A stretch of DNA of 64,000 nucleotides from assembly GCA_965113315.1 (NCBI GenBank), contig OZ220379.1; one strand, written 5' to 3'. The notes under the pieces were generated by a model. It ran no database searches. It had not been told where the DNA came from and was given only the letters and a program-made list of their open reading frames with translations. The position numbers and the translations under genes were made by a program. The stretch is from Podarcis vaucheri (lineage: Eukaryota). Of this stretch, positions 21,881 to 33,829 are shown one piece after another (the stretch's first letter is position 1; every line of letters starts with the position of its first letter).

Positions 21881-24800
21881 GAGGCCAACAGGTGTTTGGG
21901 TTACAATATTGTCTTCTGGAAGAACAACCCGTTAAATCTAAAACTGCACCCACTGGCAATCCGAGGCTGCAATTCCACGCAGGGCTTTCACCCGGGAGCA
22001 CCCTTCCAAGTACTGCCGCCTTGCACAGGAACCAGGTGCAAAGGTAGCTCAGCTGGTTACAGCCTGGTGCTGATAATGCCAAGGTTGCAGGTTCGATCCT
22101 GTATGGGGCAGCTGCAGATTTCTGCATTGCAGGGGGTTGGACTAGAAGGCATGTCCAACTCTTTAGAGACTGCGATCTACTGCCAATATAATAAAACTGG
22201 CAGTGATCTACCCATTGTCATTGCCCAGAGTTGATGAGCTTTTTTTAGGGGAGAGTCTTACCCAAGGGTAGGCAAACTAGGCCCAGGGGCTGGATCTGGC
22301 CCAATTGCCTTCAAAATCTGGCCTGTGGACAGTCTGGGAATCAGTGTGTTTTTACATGAGTAGTCGTGTGCTTTTATTTAAAATGCATCTCTGGGTTACT
22401 TGTGGGGCACAGGAATTCGTTCATTTCCCCCCAAAAAATATAGTCTGGCCCCCAACAAGATCTGAGGGACGGTGGACCGGCCCCCTGCTGAAAAAGTTTG
22501 CTGACCCCTGGTCTTACCCAACAGTTATTGTGATAATGCTGCCATCTGACTGCTGCATAAAATTGAGTGAGCAAAGGATGGTAATTGTAAGTGCATTTTA
22601 TAAATAAAATAAAGGAAATGACTCTGAAGTGGAAGCAGCTCTGGCAGCTTTTTCAAATACCCAGAGGGATCTCAGCTTCCCAAATACCCGGTACCTTTGT
22701 ACAGTATAAATACCTTTGTCTGAACTTTGCCTTGTTTACTGCTGCTGCTGAAAGTGTTGCAACTTTCCAACTGTTAATTATCTCTTCCATGTGCCAATTG
22801 TGGGTGTTCATTAGGAATTGAACCAAATAGTTTGCCAAGCTGTACAGAGGTCGCTTCCAACCAATCTGCCCATAGAGCATTCATCCTGAATGCAGAAGGG
22901 GGTCACCTTTGCCTTAAGCATAGAAATTTTAAAGTTTAGAAATGACGTTCATAGCTAACATTAGGCTTTAGAAACTTGTAGAGTGGCATGTGCCAATGAT
23001 GCAAGAAGTTTGGGCAGGTGTTTGTCCCTTCCAACATGGGCTAGATGATTAATCACCAGAGGAATACAGGAGTTGGTTGATCCTGCCATTTATTTGACAA
23101 GGCTAGATGGCCGCCTTCTCATTTTTTCCAGCTCTTGCCCCAGCCCAATTGAGATTCCTCCGTAGTTTGCACAAATAGTCAAGGCTACTGTTCAGATTAG
23201 GGACGCGGGTAGCGCTGTGGGTTAAACCACAGAGCCTAGGACTTGCTGATCAGAAGGTCGGCGGTTCGAATCCCCGCAACGGGGTGAGCTCTTGTTACTC
23301 GGTCCCTGCTCCTGCCAACCTAGCAGTTCGAAAGCATGTCAAAGTGCAAGTAGATAAATAGGTACCGCTCTGGCGGGAAGGTAAACGGTGTTTCCGTGCA
23401 CTGCTCTGGTTCGCCAGAAGCGGCTTAGTCATGCTGGCCACATGACCCGGAAGCTGTATGCCGGCTCCCTCGGCCAATAAAGCGAGCTGAGCGCCGCAAC
23501 CCCAGAGTCAGTCACGACTGGACCTTATGGTCAGGGGTCCCTTTACCTTTACCTTACTGTTCAGATTGCAGATTCGTGTTTAGAACTCTCGCTAACCTGT
23601 GTCTTTGCATTCCTCTTGTTTTCTGGCATTAACTTGATTTTATCTTTGGGCTTCCCCCAACCCAGCTGTCTATTCATGATACATTCTTAATCTTGCATCT
23701 GATGAAGTAGTTTATTCCCTGCAAAAGTTCATACCATGGTGAGCCTGTTTCTGAAGTACCACCTGCAACCTGTCTGTTTTACCCTCTTGCAGACTAACAC
23801 AGATGCTGTTTTGAATCTGCCTTGCAAAAGTTGCCTTCTTTAACCTGCCTGCTGGCTCTCGATAGCTTTATTTCTCTGCCTCTGTCCGTCTCTCTCTGTC
23901 TCTCCTCGCATGTGAGTTTTGAGCTGCTGCTGATCATCAATCAACTTTCCTCACTGATGTAGGCTCTCTGCCGCTACCGTCTCATCTGGAACATGGAGCT
24001 GCGCTTCCGACCTGTTTTCCTTGGAGGCATAATGCACTCGACTGGTAAGTGCTGATTAACAGAACTGAGTTCAACTGAAATGTACTGTATTTTTCGCTCC
24101 ATAAGGCGCACCGGACTATAAGGCGCACCTAGTTTTTAGAGGGGGAAATCAAGAAAAAAAATCCTGTCCGCTTCTCCCAGAGCTTCTGCCCCCCCCCTCC
24201 CAGCCCCAAAGAGCAAAGAAGCCAAGACAGCGAGTGGGATCCATCCCACTCGCTGTCTTGGCCTCCTCTTTAGCCACGCGCAACCTCTCCAGCCGGGAGA
24301 GGCTGCGCGCGGCTAAAGAAGCCATAGCCGTGCGCAGCCTCTCCCGGCCAGAGGGACTGCGCGTGGCTATGGCAATACCCCCACCTCCCGCAAAAGCCCA
24401 CAGGAGCCGCGCACCCTTTAAGGAGCGCGCGGCTCCTGTGGACTTTTCTATGAGGAGGGAGAAGGGACTGACTGGCAGTGTCAGTCCCTTCTCCTTCCTG
24501 GAGAAAAGCCTGCAAGAGCCGCGTGGAGCTTGTGTGCTCTTGGGGGCTTTTCCTGCCTGCCTCCCCCCCCCCTGCATTCGCTCCATAAGACGCACACACA
24601 TTTCCCCTTACTTTTTAGGAGGGAAAAAGTGCGTCTTATGGAGTGAAAAATACGGTATATAAAATATGTAGACGAGAACTACATTCCATATTGGTCTCTT
24701 TCTTGCATACCCCCCTTAGATGCAGTCTTGCCCTGGGAAAATCAAACTACCATTTCCCAAGTCAACAAGGCCTGTAAAATTAGGTTTCTTCCCCAAGCAA

Positions 24801-27800
24801 GTGTTGCTTTCATCTTTGTTTTGTTTTCATTGCTTGCTTTCTATATTATCAGGGGATCTGTAGCTGCGTCATGTATTACAGATCCTGCACTTAGTGGTTG
24901 TGAAGGCTAATTTTGATGAAGTTCATTTAAGGAAGACGAAACAACAACCTCGGGCTGTTGATATAGCTATGGCTGTTTCTGGGCTGGGAGAACCTGGTTG
25001 CTGTTGCCCATGCACTGGTAACCTCCAGGCTAGATTACTGCAATGCACTGTATGTGGGACTACCCTTGAGGTCTATCTGGAAGGTGATGCAAAATGCCAT
25101 TGTTTGGCTACTCGCAGGAGTAATGTATCCACTGTTGAAAGAAGGGCACTAGTTGCCAGTTAGGTACTGGGCTACGTTTATGGTGCTGGTTTTTGGTGTA
25201 GACAGTCTTATGCAGTGTGGACGCAGGACACCTTGGGTCACACCCCTTATATATCCAATTAAGTGACTATGGGGTTGTGCGCGCTCATCTCGCTTTCAGG
25301 CCGAGGCAGCCAGCCTTTGTCCACAGGCAGCTTTCCAGATCATGTGGCCAGCATGACTAAACCGCTTCTGGCTCAATGGACACTGTGACGGAAACCAGAG
25401 TGCACGGAAACACCATTTACTTTCCCACTGCAGTGGGACCTATTTATCTCCTTGCACTGGTGTCCTTTCGAACTGCTAGGTTGGCAGGAGCTGGGACAGA
25501 GCAACGGGAACTCATTCCTTCATGGGGATTCGAACCGCCGACCTTCTGATGGGCAAGCCCAAGAGGCTCAGTGGTTTAGACCACAGCGCCACCCGCGTCC
25601 CATGATGATGATGACGCTGTAAGGATGAGAGGTTGTAGGATATAGTAGCCTCTGTCTCTGAAATCTCCTTATTCTCCGCAACAGGTAACAGACCCCCAGC
25701 AATGGTGCCGAAGAAAGGAGAGTACATGACAAAGGACCTCCTGCGAATGGCAAAATTCTACCAGGTGCCACTGCATCTCGTAAAGGATTTCCTAGGGAGT
25801 GTTCTTGAGAAGGGTAAGCAGAGGGAGGTGTTTGGTGGGGATATATGGAGATAATGGAGAAGAACTGAGAAGCGTTGCACAATGAGTCCGTGGCAGCTCC
25901 GAGTCCGTATGAAACTGCCCCACAAAAATAGGACTCTCTCAGCAAGTGCACAATTTTTATGCAAGCCAACCTTCCTAATAAGGGTTTCTTTAATGTGGGG
26001 GTTGGCCTCTTCTTCTTTGACAACGGGCAGGGCACTTTATTTATTTTTCTTCTTTTTTTGTATTTTGTAGCAATGGATTCCTCCCCTCTTAACATTTACG
26101 CTCACTCTGGTCCTTTTTGTGCCCAAATGCAGGCAGTCTGAAAGCCATGCGCTTTGTCACAGCCGTGGATATGGCAGAGCCGCAGTTTTTGGAGCCTGTG
26201 TCTAGAGAACTTTGGATGCGTCTGTGGTCCCGCGTGAGTATGGTTGTACTCGTACGTCTCTCCAGGTGGTTCTGTGCCTGTCGCGATTATTTCTTCCATT
26301 TATCAATTGCACAAATAAAGCAGGGCATCCCCGCCCCTGACCCCCCCATGTTTATCAAAATGTATGGTTTTGATTAAAATAACAGGGCCCAGAATCCCTC
26401 CGTATACTTCTATATTCTTGTGTGTTTCAGCTGTTTCTCTACCCTGTCCCCTGTAAGGAACGTCACGCTACTTCTCATTGTATCAGTGTGTTTGAAAACG
26501 CAGTAAAAAAGTTAAATATAAAAAGTAATTACTTTTTATCCAGGATGCTTAGGCAAGATAGTTGAAATGCCCTGGGCCAGGTTTTGCACAGTTTTCAACC
26601 CCCCCAAATCCGATGCAGCACACTGTGGTGGCTCTCCATGGGGTCCTTAAATCTTCTCTTTTTACTGTTTCCCAAGGCTGTATTATAGCGCTTAGGAGCC
26701 ACAGCCCAGGACTGATGGACTCTGTTCCTCTTTGATGGGACCAACAAAGTTGTATAGGTCTGGGTGGAATGAAAAAACAAGGGGCAAATATAACTTGCAG
26801 GGTCTCTCCATAGAAATCATTTCATTTATTATTATTATTATTCATTAAACTTACTAGTCACTTGTCACCTGAAGGTCTCCAAGCGACTTGCAGCAAACAA
26901 AAATATACAATACATAATACCATTGGGGGGAAGTGTGTGTGTGTGTCATATTATACACTCATATTTCATATAACAAAAGATTTATGGAAAAACAAAAAGA
27001 ACATACCAGCCATATAAATAATAGCAAACATTATTAGCAATGCTCAAATAATAAACACAGCAATTCTCTGACCACTAATTAGCAAACAAACAAATAAAAA
27101 CCCATCCTCCAGGGATGGTCCAGCATGTCTCTTCTCCCTTCAGCAAAGCAGGAAGAGTTTTACTTGCTTGCAGTTGACACGGCTACTGCTCCTCAAAATT
27201 CCAAGCCATACGCCATTCCTGTCCCCCTTCACTTCAGTGTGATCATTGTAGCTATAGCTTTGGTGAAGTGAACTTCTGTTCCTTGGCACCCATCTCCGTT
27301 AGGATCAAGGACGCATAACATGGAGTCTTCCCGTTGGCCAAGGGGTGAAGGAAGTTGGTAGTTCACAAAGTGCCACAGGTTCTACACTTCTGATTAAAGT
27401 GAGTGACATGGCACGCTTGTCTGTGAGTGTCTCTTGGGCCTTTGTTCCTTGTAGCAGAAGGAAATTAATTATTTTTGATATCTTCACTCTCCCTTGCACA
27501 GTCAGTCTCTTGTCTATGAAAGATTTGTAAATGGTTGCCTTACTCCTTGTCTCTTCAGGATGAAGACATAAGCCAGCCAGAGAGCATCTTGGCAGTAAGT
27601 TTCTTTCTCTTTCGGTTCTGCAGCACTGCCTGTACTCCTGTTTGTGACACACCCTGGTCTAGATGAGCGCTTTTCATCCTTGCATCTCCTGATGCTGTTA
27701 GACTGCAGCCTCCTATCATCCATAGTCCATTTGGTCAATAGTCAGGGATGATGGAAGTTGCAGTCCAATAGCATTTGGGGACCTGAGGTTGATGAATTGG

Positions 27801-30800
27801 TCTAGGTGCTGTAGACTGGCCTGTGGAGATCTGCTGGGTGATCATTCTTCTGTTGCGACAGAAGTTTATACTCAGACTTCATAATTGTGGACCTGCAGGA
27901 AGAGCTTTTCAGGTAACCTTGCAGTGCACAATGATTAGCTTTGTTGTTCTAGCTAGTCAGACAGAAAATCTGCAGAAGAGGATTTGCGTGATTTTATTTT
28001 CCACCTGGCACGCGGGTGGCGCTGTGGGTTAAACCACAGAGCCTAGGACTTGCTGATCAGAAGGTCGGCAGTTCACATCCCCATGACGGGGTGAGCTCCC
28101 GTTGCTCGGTCCCTGCTTCTGCCCACCTAGCAGTTTGAAAGCATGTCAAAGTGCAAGTAGATAAATAGGTACTGCTCCAGCGGGAAGGTAAACGGCGTTT
28201 CCATGTGCTGCTCTGGTTTGCCAGAAGCAGCTTAGTCATGCTGGCCACATGACCCGGAAGCTGTACGCTGGCTCCCTCTGCCAATAAAGTGAGATGAGCT
28301 CTGCAACCCCAGAGTCGGTCACGACTGGACCTAATGGTCAGGGGTCCCTTTACCTTTACCTATTTTCCTCCTAGCATGGCTTTCTTGGTGTTGTCCCCCT
28401 TTTTTAAGGGGGGGGCTGACTTCAATGAAAGCAATTCAGTGTAGCTTTAGACTGCTTTCTGCACTCCCTGGTGAAAATTCTCTGCGCCCACATATTCAGA
28501 ACATCCTGCTACGTGACCTGCACCCTATTTCTCTTGCAGTGTTTTGTGTTCTTTAGCATGTATAGGAAGGATCTGTGGTTAAGTGGTAGGCTGTGTGCTT
28601 TGTGTACTGAAAGCCCCATGGTGAGTCTCTGGCAGCCTCAGCCAAGCAGGCCTGGCAAAGATCTCTGCCCAGCACTCTGCAGAGCCATTTCCTGTCCAGG
28701 GAGGCAATGCTCAGCTGTGTGGGCCATATGGTCAGAATTTAGCCTAGCTTAATGCTGACAATCTGGGAACAAGTCATTTCATGTGTGCGCATCTAACCTG
28801 GCTAGATTGCAAAACCAGCACTTCCCCTGCCTGCTGGTTGCACCTGCTTCTCAGCAAAGCAAATTCATTTTTTGTTTTTGCTGTGCTCTCCTTTAAAATA
28901 CTCCATGCCGGTTAAATTCCTGTGTCAGTACCGAAGACCTTTTAAAGCGTTATCCAATTAACGTTGGCTATAGCGACTGCGGCACCTGCTTTTCTCCATC
29001 TGTCTCTTTTCAGGCTGCAGAGAGAGCAGGGTTGTCCTCGGACCGAGCTCGGAAACTCCTGGAAATGAGTTCCTCACCAGAGGTGAAGAATCGCCTGAAA
29101 GCTACAACAGATGAAGCACTAAAATATGGGGTGAGACACTGGCATCGCATCAGGCCAGGGCGGGGGAAGCTGTGGACCTGCTGATACTGCTGGACTCCCC
29201 AACTCCCCTCCGCGCCAGCCAGTAGGGTCAGTGATCAGCATGTCTTGAGCTCTGCAGGTTCCTCTTCCTTGCAAATACTTTATCAGCAGCTGTGCATCTT
29301 CCACCCCCTGCCCCTTTTTCCTGAAGGGTTACCCTGAGGAATCAAGTGCCTGGATGTCCAAACAATAGGGAAACGGGCCATATGCTTTGGATGCAGAAGG
29401 TCGCAGGTTCAAACATCATTGGAGTCCTTCTGAGAGAAGAAGGAGACAGTATAGATTTACAACACTGGTTTGCAGAAGGTCATAGTTCAGAGGCTGCAGA
29501 GGGGAGAAGCTGGGAAATATTGGGAGGGGAGCAGCACCAGGGAAGAGACAGCTGACAAACTCAGTGTCTTTAGAAAGCATTCCAGACCCCCCTTCTCCCA
29601 GAACCTGGTGGGCATGGAAAGTAGGAGAACAGAAAGCACAGATCTGCCAACATAGGGATGACATGTAATAGGAGAGACGCAGGCAGTGGGGCTTTACTTG
29701 GAGCAATGGAGAGGCACTTTTCAAAGCTGTGAATATCGAATAAAAGATTTGGTAAGAACTCCTCTTGTGTATCTAATTCTTGGCTGCCCACCATGGAAGG
29801 GACTGGATTCCCTGAAGCCAGGTAGGGCTGGTCAGAAATCTTGGAGAGCTGCTGGCAGTCAGTGAAGACAGTACAGTGGTACCTCGGGTTACATACGCTT
29901 CAGGTTACAGACTCCACTAACCTAGAAATAGTGCTTCAGGTTAAGAACTTTGCTTCAGGATGAGAACAGAAATTGTGCTCCGGCGGCGCGGCAGCAGCAG
30001 GAGGTCCCATTAGCTAAAGTGGTGCTTCAGGTTAAGAACAGTTTCAGGGATGCGGGTGGCGCTGTGGGTAAAACCTCAGCGCCTAGGACTTGCCGATCGC
30101 ATGGTCAGCGGTTCGAATCCCCGCGGCGGGGTGCGCTCCCGTCGTTCGGTCCCAGCGCCTGCCAACCTAGCAGTTCGAAAGCACCCCCGGGTGCAAGTAG
30201 ATAAATAGGGATCGCTTACCAGCGGGAAGGTAAACGGCGTTCCATGTGCTGCGCTGGCTCGCCAGAGCAGCGATGTCACACTGGCCATGTGACCCGGAAG
30301 TGTCTGCGGATGGCGCCGGCTCCCGGCCTATAGAGTGAGATGAGCGCACAACCCTAGTCTGGCAAGACTGGCCCGTACGGGCAGGGGTACCTTTACCTTT
30401 ACCTATGGACCTCTAGAACGAATTAAGTACTTAACCCGAGGTACCACTGTACTCAGCAAGTACTTAGCGAGATGTACCAATATACTGATTCAGTATAAAA
30501 TTCCTGGATCTGTGTGTCCTGGTGAGCCATCAGGCTTTTAAGCTACTTTCAGACAACCTAACAGAACGGAAGTGACCACATTCACTTCCCAGTGTTCAAG
30601 CTCCGATATATATTCCATCTTTCTTAAGAACCGAAGTGTAAGTTAAATCTGCGGCCACCAAACACAGAAGGCAACTTGAACCCGTTTGAGCTTCGCAGGT
30701 TCATGTACATTGCATCAAAGTGTGTAGATGAAGCAGTGCCCCCTTTGCGACTCTTGTGTCGTATGTCTTCCTTCAGGCATTTGGGCTGCCATGTTTTGTC

Positions 30801-31517
30801 GCTCACGTTAATGAAGAGCCTCACCTTCTCTTCGGTTCGGATCGTTTAGAGCTGCTGGGACATCTCTTGGGTGAGTGCTTTTAATGCTGTTGCCTATCAT
30901 TTAATGGTCTTTCATGTTCCAGTTTGGACTAACGTGCCAAAGGGAAAGTCCTGGCCACTTGCAGGTACTTAAAAAACCTCAACAACTTTAAATACCTCAG
31001 GCTGTATACTGAATATTCCAGTCCATGCCGTTCACTCTGTCTAGAGATTCTCAGGTTATTCAGGAGCCCCCCGACACAAATGTGGTATCTTTTGCATGAC
31101 TGAATGCTCCTTCATTTAATCTTTTTGTGGCTGACAGAAGAGTTCTTGCCTAACCTAATTTTCACTGTGCTGGGAATTATTGATGGAGGAGTATTCAGTT
31201 TTGTAAGCATCTGCCTTCAGGTTGAATTTGCATAGCTTAGGCATCACTCTGCTAGCCCTATGAAGAGTTAGATCCCTCCCCTTCTCCCCTTCTGGGGCAG
31301 TTGTAGTGACACAAACTGCCTTAATCTAGTAACCCATCAGATGAAGTAGGGAATTAATGTCATTTTCCCACTGCTGCTATTGAATTGGTGTGTTGGCTTA
31401 ACTTGTTGCTTCTTTAAGACCCCCTTCTGCATTCTGAATCTAATTTGCTCTCTGATTCCGACTTGTTTTGCAGGAGAGAAATGGCTGGGACCAGTTCCCA
31501 CATCTTCTAAGCTTTAG
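21365..31517 (+). CDS. GSTK1: Glutathione S-transferase kappa 1, whole spliced CDS span (8 exons, 717 nt, 238 aa)
   Basis: Exons 21365-21478, 23963-24044, 25685-25813, 26133-26233, 27559-27594, 29014-29130, 30777-30870, 31474-31517 join in frame; catalytic [25 protein letters not shown], ends [14 protein letters not shown]. Confidence 0.96.
22043..22150 (+). mobile_element. tRNA-derived SINE with CR1-like tail
   Basis: TAGCTCAGCTGG A box, GGTTCGATCC B box, then CTGCATTGCAGGGGGTTGGACTAGA. Confidence 0.65.
22263..22510. mobile_element. hAT MITE (MER1/Charlie-like)
   Basis: CAAGGGTAGGCAAACT / AGTTTGCTGACCCCTG ends, 8-bp TSD GTCTTACC; related copy near 52462-52657. Confidence 0.85.
23200..23554 (+). 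mobile_element. Sauria SINE (subfamily 1)
   Basis: Full length; TSD TACTGTTCAGATT. Confidence 0.93.
23963..24044 (+). CDS. GSTK1: GSTK1 exon 2
   Basis: [27 protein letters not shown]. Confidence 0.95.
24085..24655. mobile_element. Tigger/pogo-like non-autonomous DNA transposon
   Basis: TIR CTGTATTTTTCGCTCCATAAGGCGCAC / GTGCGTCTTATGGAGTGAAAAATACGG, TA TSD. Confidence 0.85.
25262..25601 (-). mobile_element. Sauria SINE (older variant, tail missing)
   Basis: Reverse complement of SINE head and body. Confidence 0.85.
25685..25813 (+). CDS. GSTK1: GSTK1 exon 3
   Basis: (G)[42 protein letters not shown]. Confidence 0.95.
26133..26233 (+). CDS. GSTK1: GSTK1 exon 4
   Basis: (G)[33 protein letters not shown]. 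Confidence 0.95.
27559..27594 (+). CDS. GSTK1: GSTK1 exon 5
   Basis: [12 protein letters not shown], 36 nt. Confidence 0.93.
28007..28360 (+). mobile_element. Sauria SINE (subfamily 1)
   Basis: Full-length body, (ACCTTT) tail, flanked by TATTTTCC repeats. Confidence 0.9.
29014..29130 (+). CDS. GSTK1: GSTK1 exon 6
   Basis: [39 protein letters not shown]. Confidence 0.95.
29874..30449. mobile_element. Tigger-like MITE family A, interrupted by a SINE
   Basis: CAGTGGTACCTCGGGTTA / TAACCCGAGGTACCACTG, TA TSD. Confidence 0.85.
30046..30403 (+). mobile_element. Sauria SINE (subfamily 2) nested in MITE
   Basis: Near-identical to 3843-4210. Confidence 0.92.
30777..30870 (+). CDS. GSTK1: GSTK1 exon 7
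   Basis: [31 protein letters not shown]. Confidence 0.95.
31474..31517 (+). CDS. GSTK1: GSTK1 exon 8
   Basis: (G)[13 protein letters not shown]; candidate AATAAA at 31896-31901. Confidence 0.95.
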
Positions 31518-32257
31518 CTCTGAGAGTTACAGAGGAACAATGGGATTTCTAAGCCACAAAGGTTTGGGAGCATCTGTTCCTACAAGGTGAACGCAGGAGG
31601 GCTGATGGGCAGAAGGCAACCCCATAAGCACGATTTTTGATACTAGAGAAGGCAACACAGTGATGATATCAACATGCAATGCACCTCAATCACATTTGAC
31701 CCGTGTGAGTTGCTGGCATCCCGGAGATGTAGATACGCATTAACAAAGAAGCTTCACTTTTAGTTGCTTGTTTTGGTGGCTGTTTCCGGCAATATAGTTA
31801 GTTGGTTGCAGAAATTGATACAGATGGTGTGAGTCAATGAGGTGCGTATTGCTCTTCATGAGAGACTGCTCTTTGTTGGGGATATGTAATGGCATAATAA
31901 AAGGGGCTGGAGGTGTATCTTGTCCAACTTGGTCATTAGAGGGCTTCAAAGTGCTGTGGACAACAGCACAGCTCCCCTGCGCCATTCCCAGAAGTGTTGC
32001 ATAATAGCAACATTTGATTCTTTTCTGAAATTCAGATGTGTTACAAACATCGGAAACTGACACGCACTACGTCTCTGTAGTCTGGTAGTGTCTACTCTGA
32101 CTGCCAACAACTCTTGGAGTATCAGAGGGTCTGTCATGACCTCCACTACCAACAAAAAATGCCAGGAGGAGTTGAGAACCTTTTTCATACGCTACGTGCG
32201 CGCACCATCAGTGAATCTTGATTTCATTCAGACACAACTTGAAACAACTGTTTGGTA

Positions 32258-32499
32258 CAGTGGTACCTCGGGTTAAGTACTTAATTCGTTCCGGAGGTCC
32301 GTTCTTAACCTGAAACTGTTCTTAACTTGAAGCACCACTTTAGCTAATGAGGCCTCCCGCTGCCGCCGTGCCGCCAGAGCACGATTTCTGTTCTCATCCT
32401 GAAGCAAAGTTCTTAACCTGAAGCACTATTTCTGGGTTAGTGGAGTGTGTAACCTGAAGTGTGTGTAACCTGAAGCATATGTAACCTGAGGTACCTCTG
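32258..32499. mobile_element. Tigger-like MITE family A
   Basis: Same TIRs and TA TSD as 646-863. Confidence 0.85.
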
Positions 32500-33137
32500 T
32501 ACTTTAATTAAACAAGACAATATAAATATACATAGATTAGGATACGTGAGAGACTTGGGTGGAGAAGGGAAAGAAGTGCTGTTGCATTTCCAGCATTGAA
32601 GCGCTCTTCTCCCGGGAAAAGCATCTACAGTGAGCCTTATTACAAGTAGAGCAGTGAGTTGCAGGAACTGATTTCTTCTGTGCTTGGTGAACATGCTCTG
32701 CTTGAGTGCCACAGCTGAATCGCTGTGGTGTTGTGCTTCACAAACAAACAAGAACAAGAAATCACCCTGATTTCAGGTCACACAGGTTTTGGGTGGATGT
32801 GTTTCCTCCCAATTTGCAACCTTTGCTTACTAACAAGAACTCCTCCTGTATCTGGATGCTGAGATCAGTGTCACTGTGCATCAAAGAACAGACAAAAGTG
32901 TGTGTAGCACTTCATCCCAAGACCAAAGAATTTAAACTGATCTCATGCTTCACACTTTCAGTGGGGTGGACCTGTCTTAAGGTCACACAGTGTTTTTACC
33001 TGTTCGTCTTTGCTAAAATAAGGCACGAGAAGATAATGTGGTGCAGGCCAGACCCCTTATTTTAACCCCAAATAGTTCTTGACAGCGACACTTAAGAAAC
33101 CACAACAAAGGTAAGAGTATATTGGTCACAGTAGTCT

Positions 33138-33143
33138 TTTATT
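33138..33143 (-). terminator. Candidate polyadenylation signal of the Rap1GAP-like gene
   Basis: TTTATT about 0.6-0.7 kb downstream of the candidate last coding exon. Confidence 0.55.
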
Positions 33144-33740
33144 GCAAGCCCAGACACCACAGACACAACAAGCATGGAGCAAGGGTCACAAATTCACATT
33201 TATAGGTTCTTGATGGCACAGAGACTTAAGGGAGAATGGAGTGGTTGGAGGGACTGTTGTACAGTGAGATACCAAACAAAGAACTGTTGAATCCCATGAA
33301 GGATGAGATGAACACAAACCCCTCCCACTATCAGACACCCGTGCACTTTGGCACAAGATACCTACGCTGCATAAAGCAGTTGAGGTGCTCTTACATACCA
33401 GGTGCCATCCTTAGAGTGATAAGGGCTTTCATTCCTTAGTTTTATAAAGCCTGTGCTCAGAAGAATGGGTACAAACACGGCCTTCCTAAGAAGGCCCTGT
33501 GGGGCACATCTTGGGTTTTTAAATTTTAGCAGTTATGAGGACAGACAGAAAGATCTCTCTCCTCTTGTTTGTTTCTGAAACTATGGCAGGAGACCCCTGT
33601 TCCCCCCTCTTGACTTTCTGATCTCCCGAGGTTGCTGAACTAGGATGACACATGTGGGTGAGCGAATGCCACGATTTGGACTTTTGTGGTTGGTTTCCTT
33701 ACTGCCTGTGGTGCAGCTGTCACTGAATGAAGCAGGAAGG

Positions 33741-33829
33741 TCAGGTCAGGCGTTCTTGGGGAGTCCAGCATCCAAGTCCTCCGGACATCTGGGTGAGCTG
33801 CTGTTGAAGTCTCACTTTGGCATCAAATC
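33741..33829 (-). CDS. Rap1GAP-like candidate last coding exon
   Basis: Good acceptor; phase 0 gives DLMPK* (stop 33812-33814), phase 1 gives (G)[28 protein letters not shown]. Confidence 0.5.

Noticed and set aside
22043-22112. tRNA-Ile-like sequence
   Set aside because: Acceptor stem is not intact and it runs into a CR1-like tail, so it is a SINE head and not a tRNA gene
21363-22127. 254-aa minus ORF with poly-Cys
   Set aside because: CpG-island artefact; the poly-Cys is the reverse strand of the (AGC)8 repeat
27303-27350. AG-GATCAAGGAC stretch resembling a duplicated GSTK1 exon 5
   Set aside because: Similarity is limited to a few bases; the true exon at 27559-27594 fits fully
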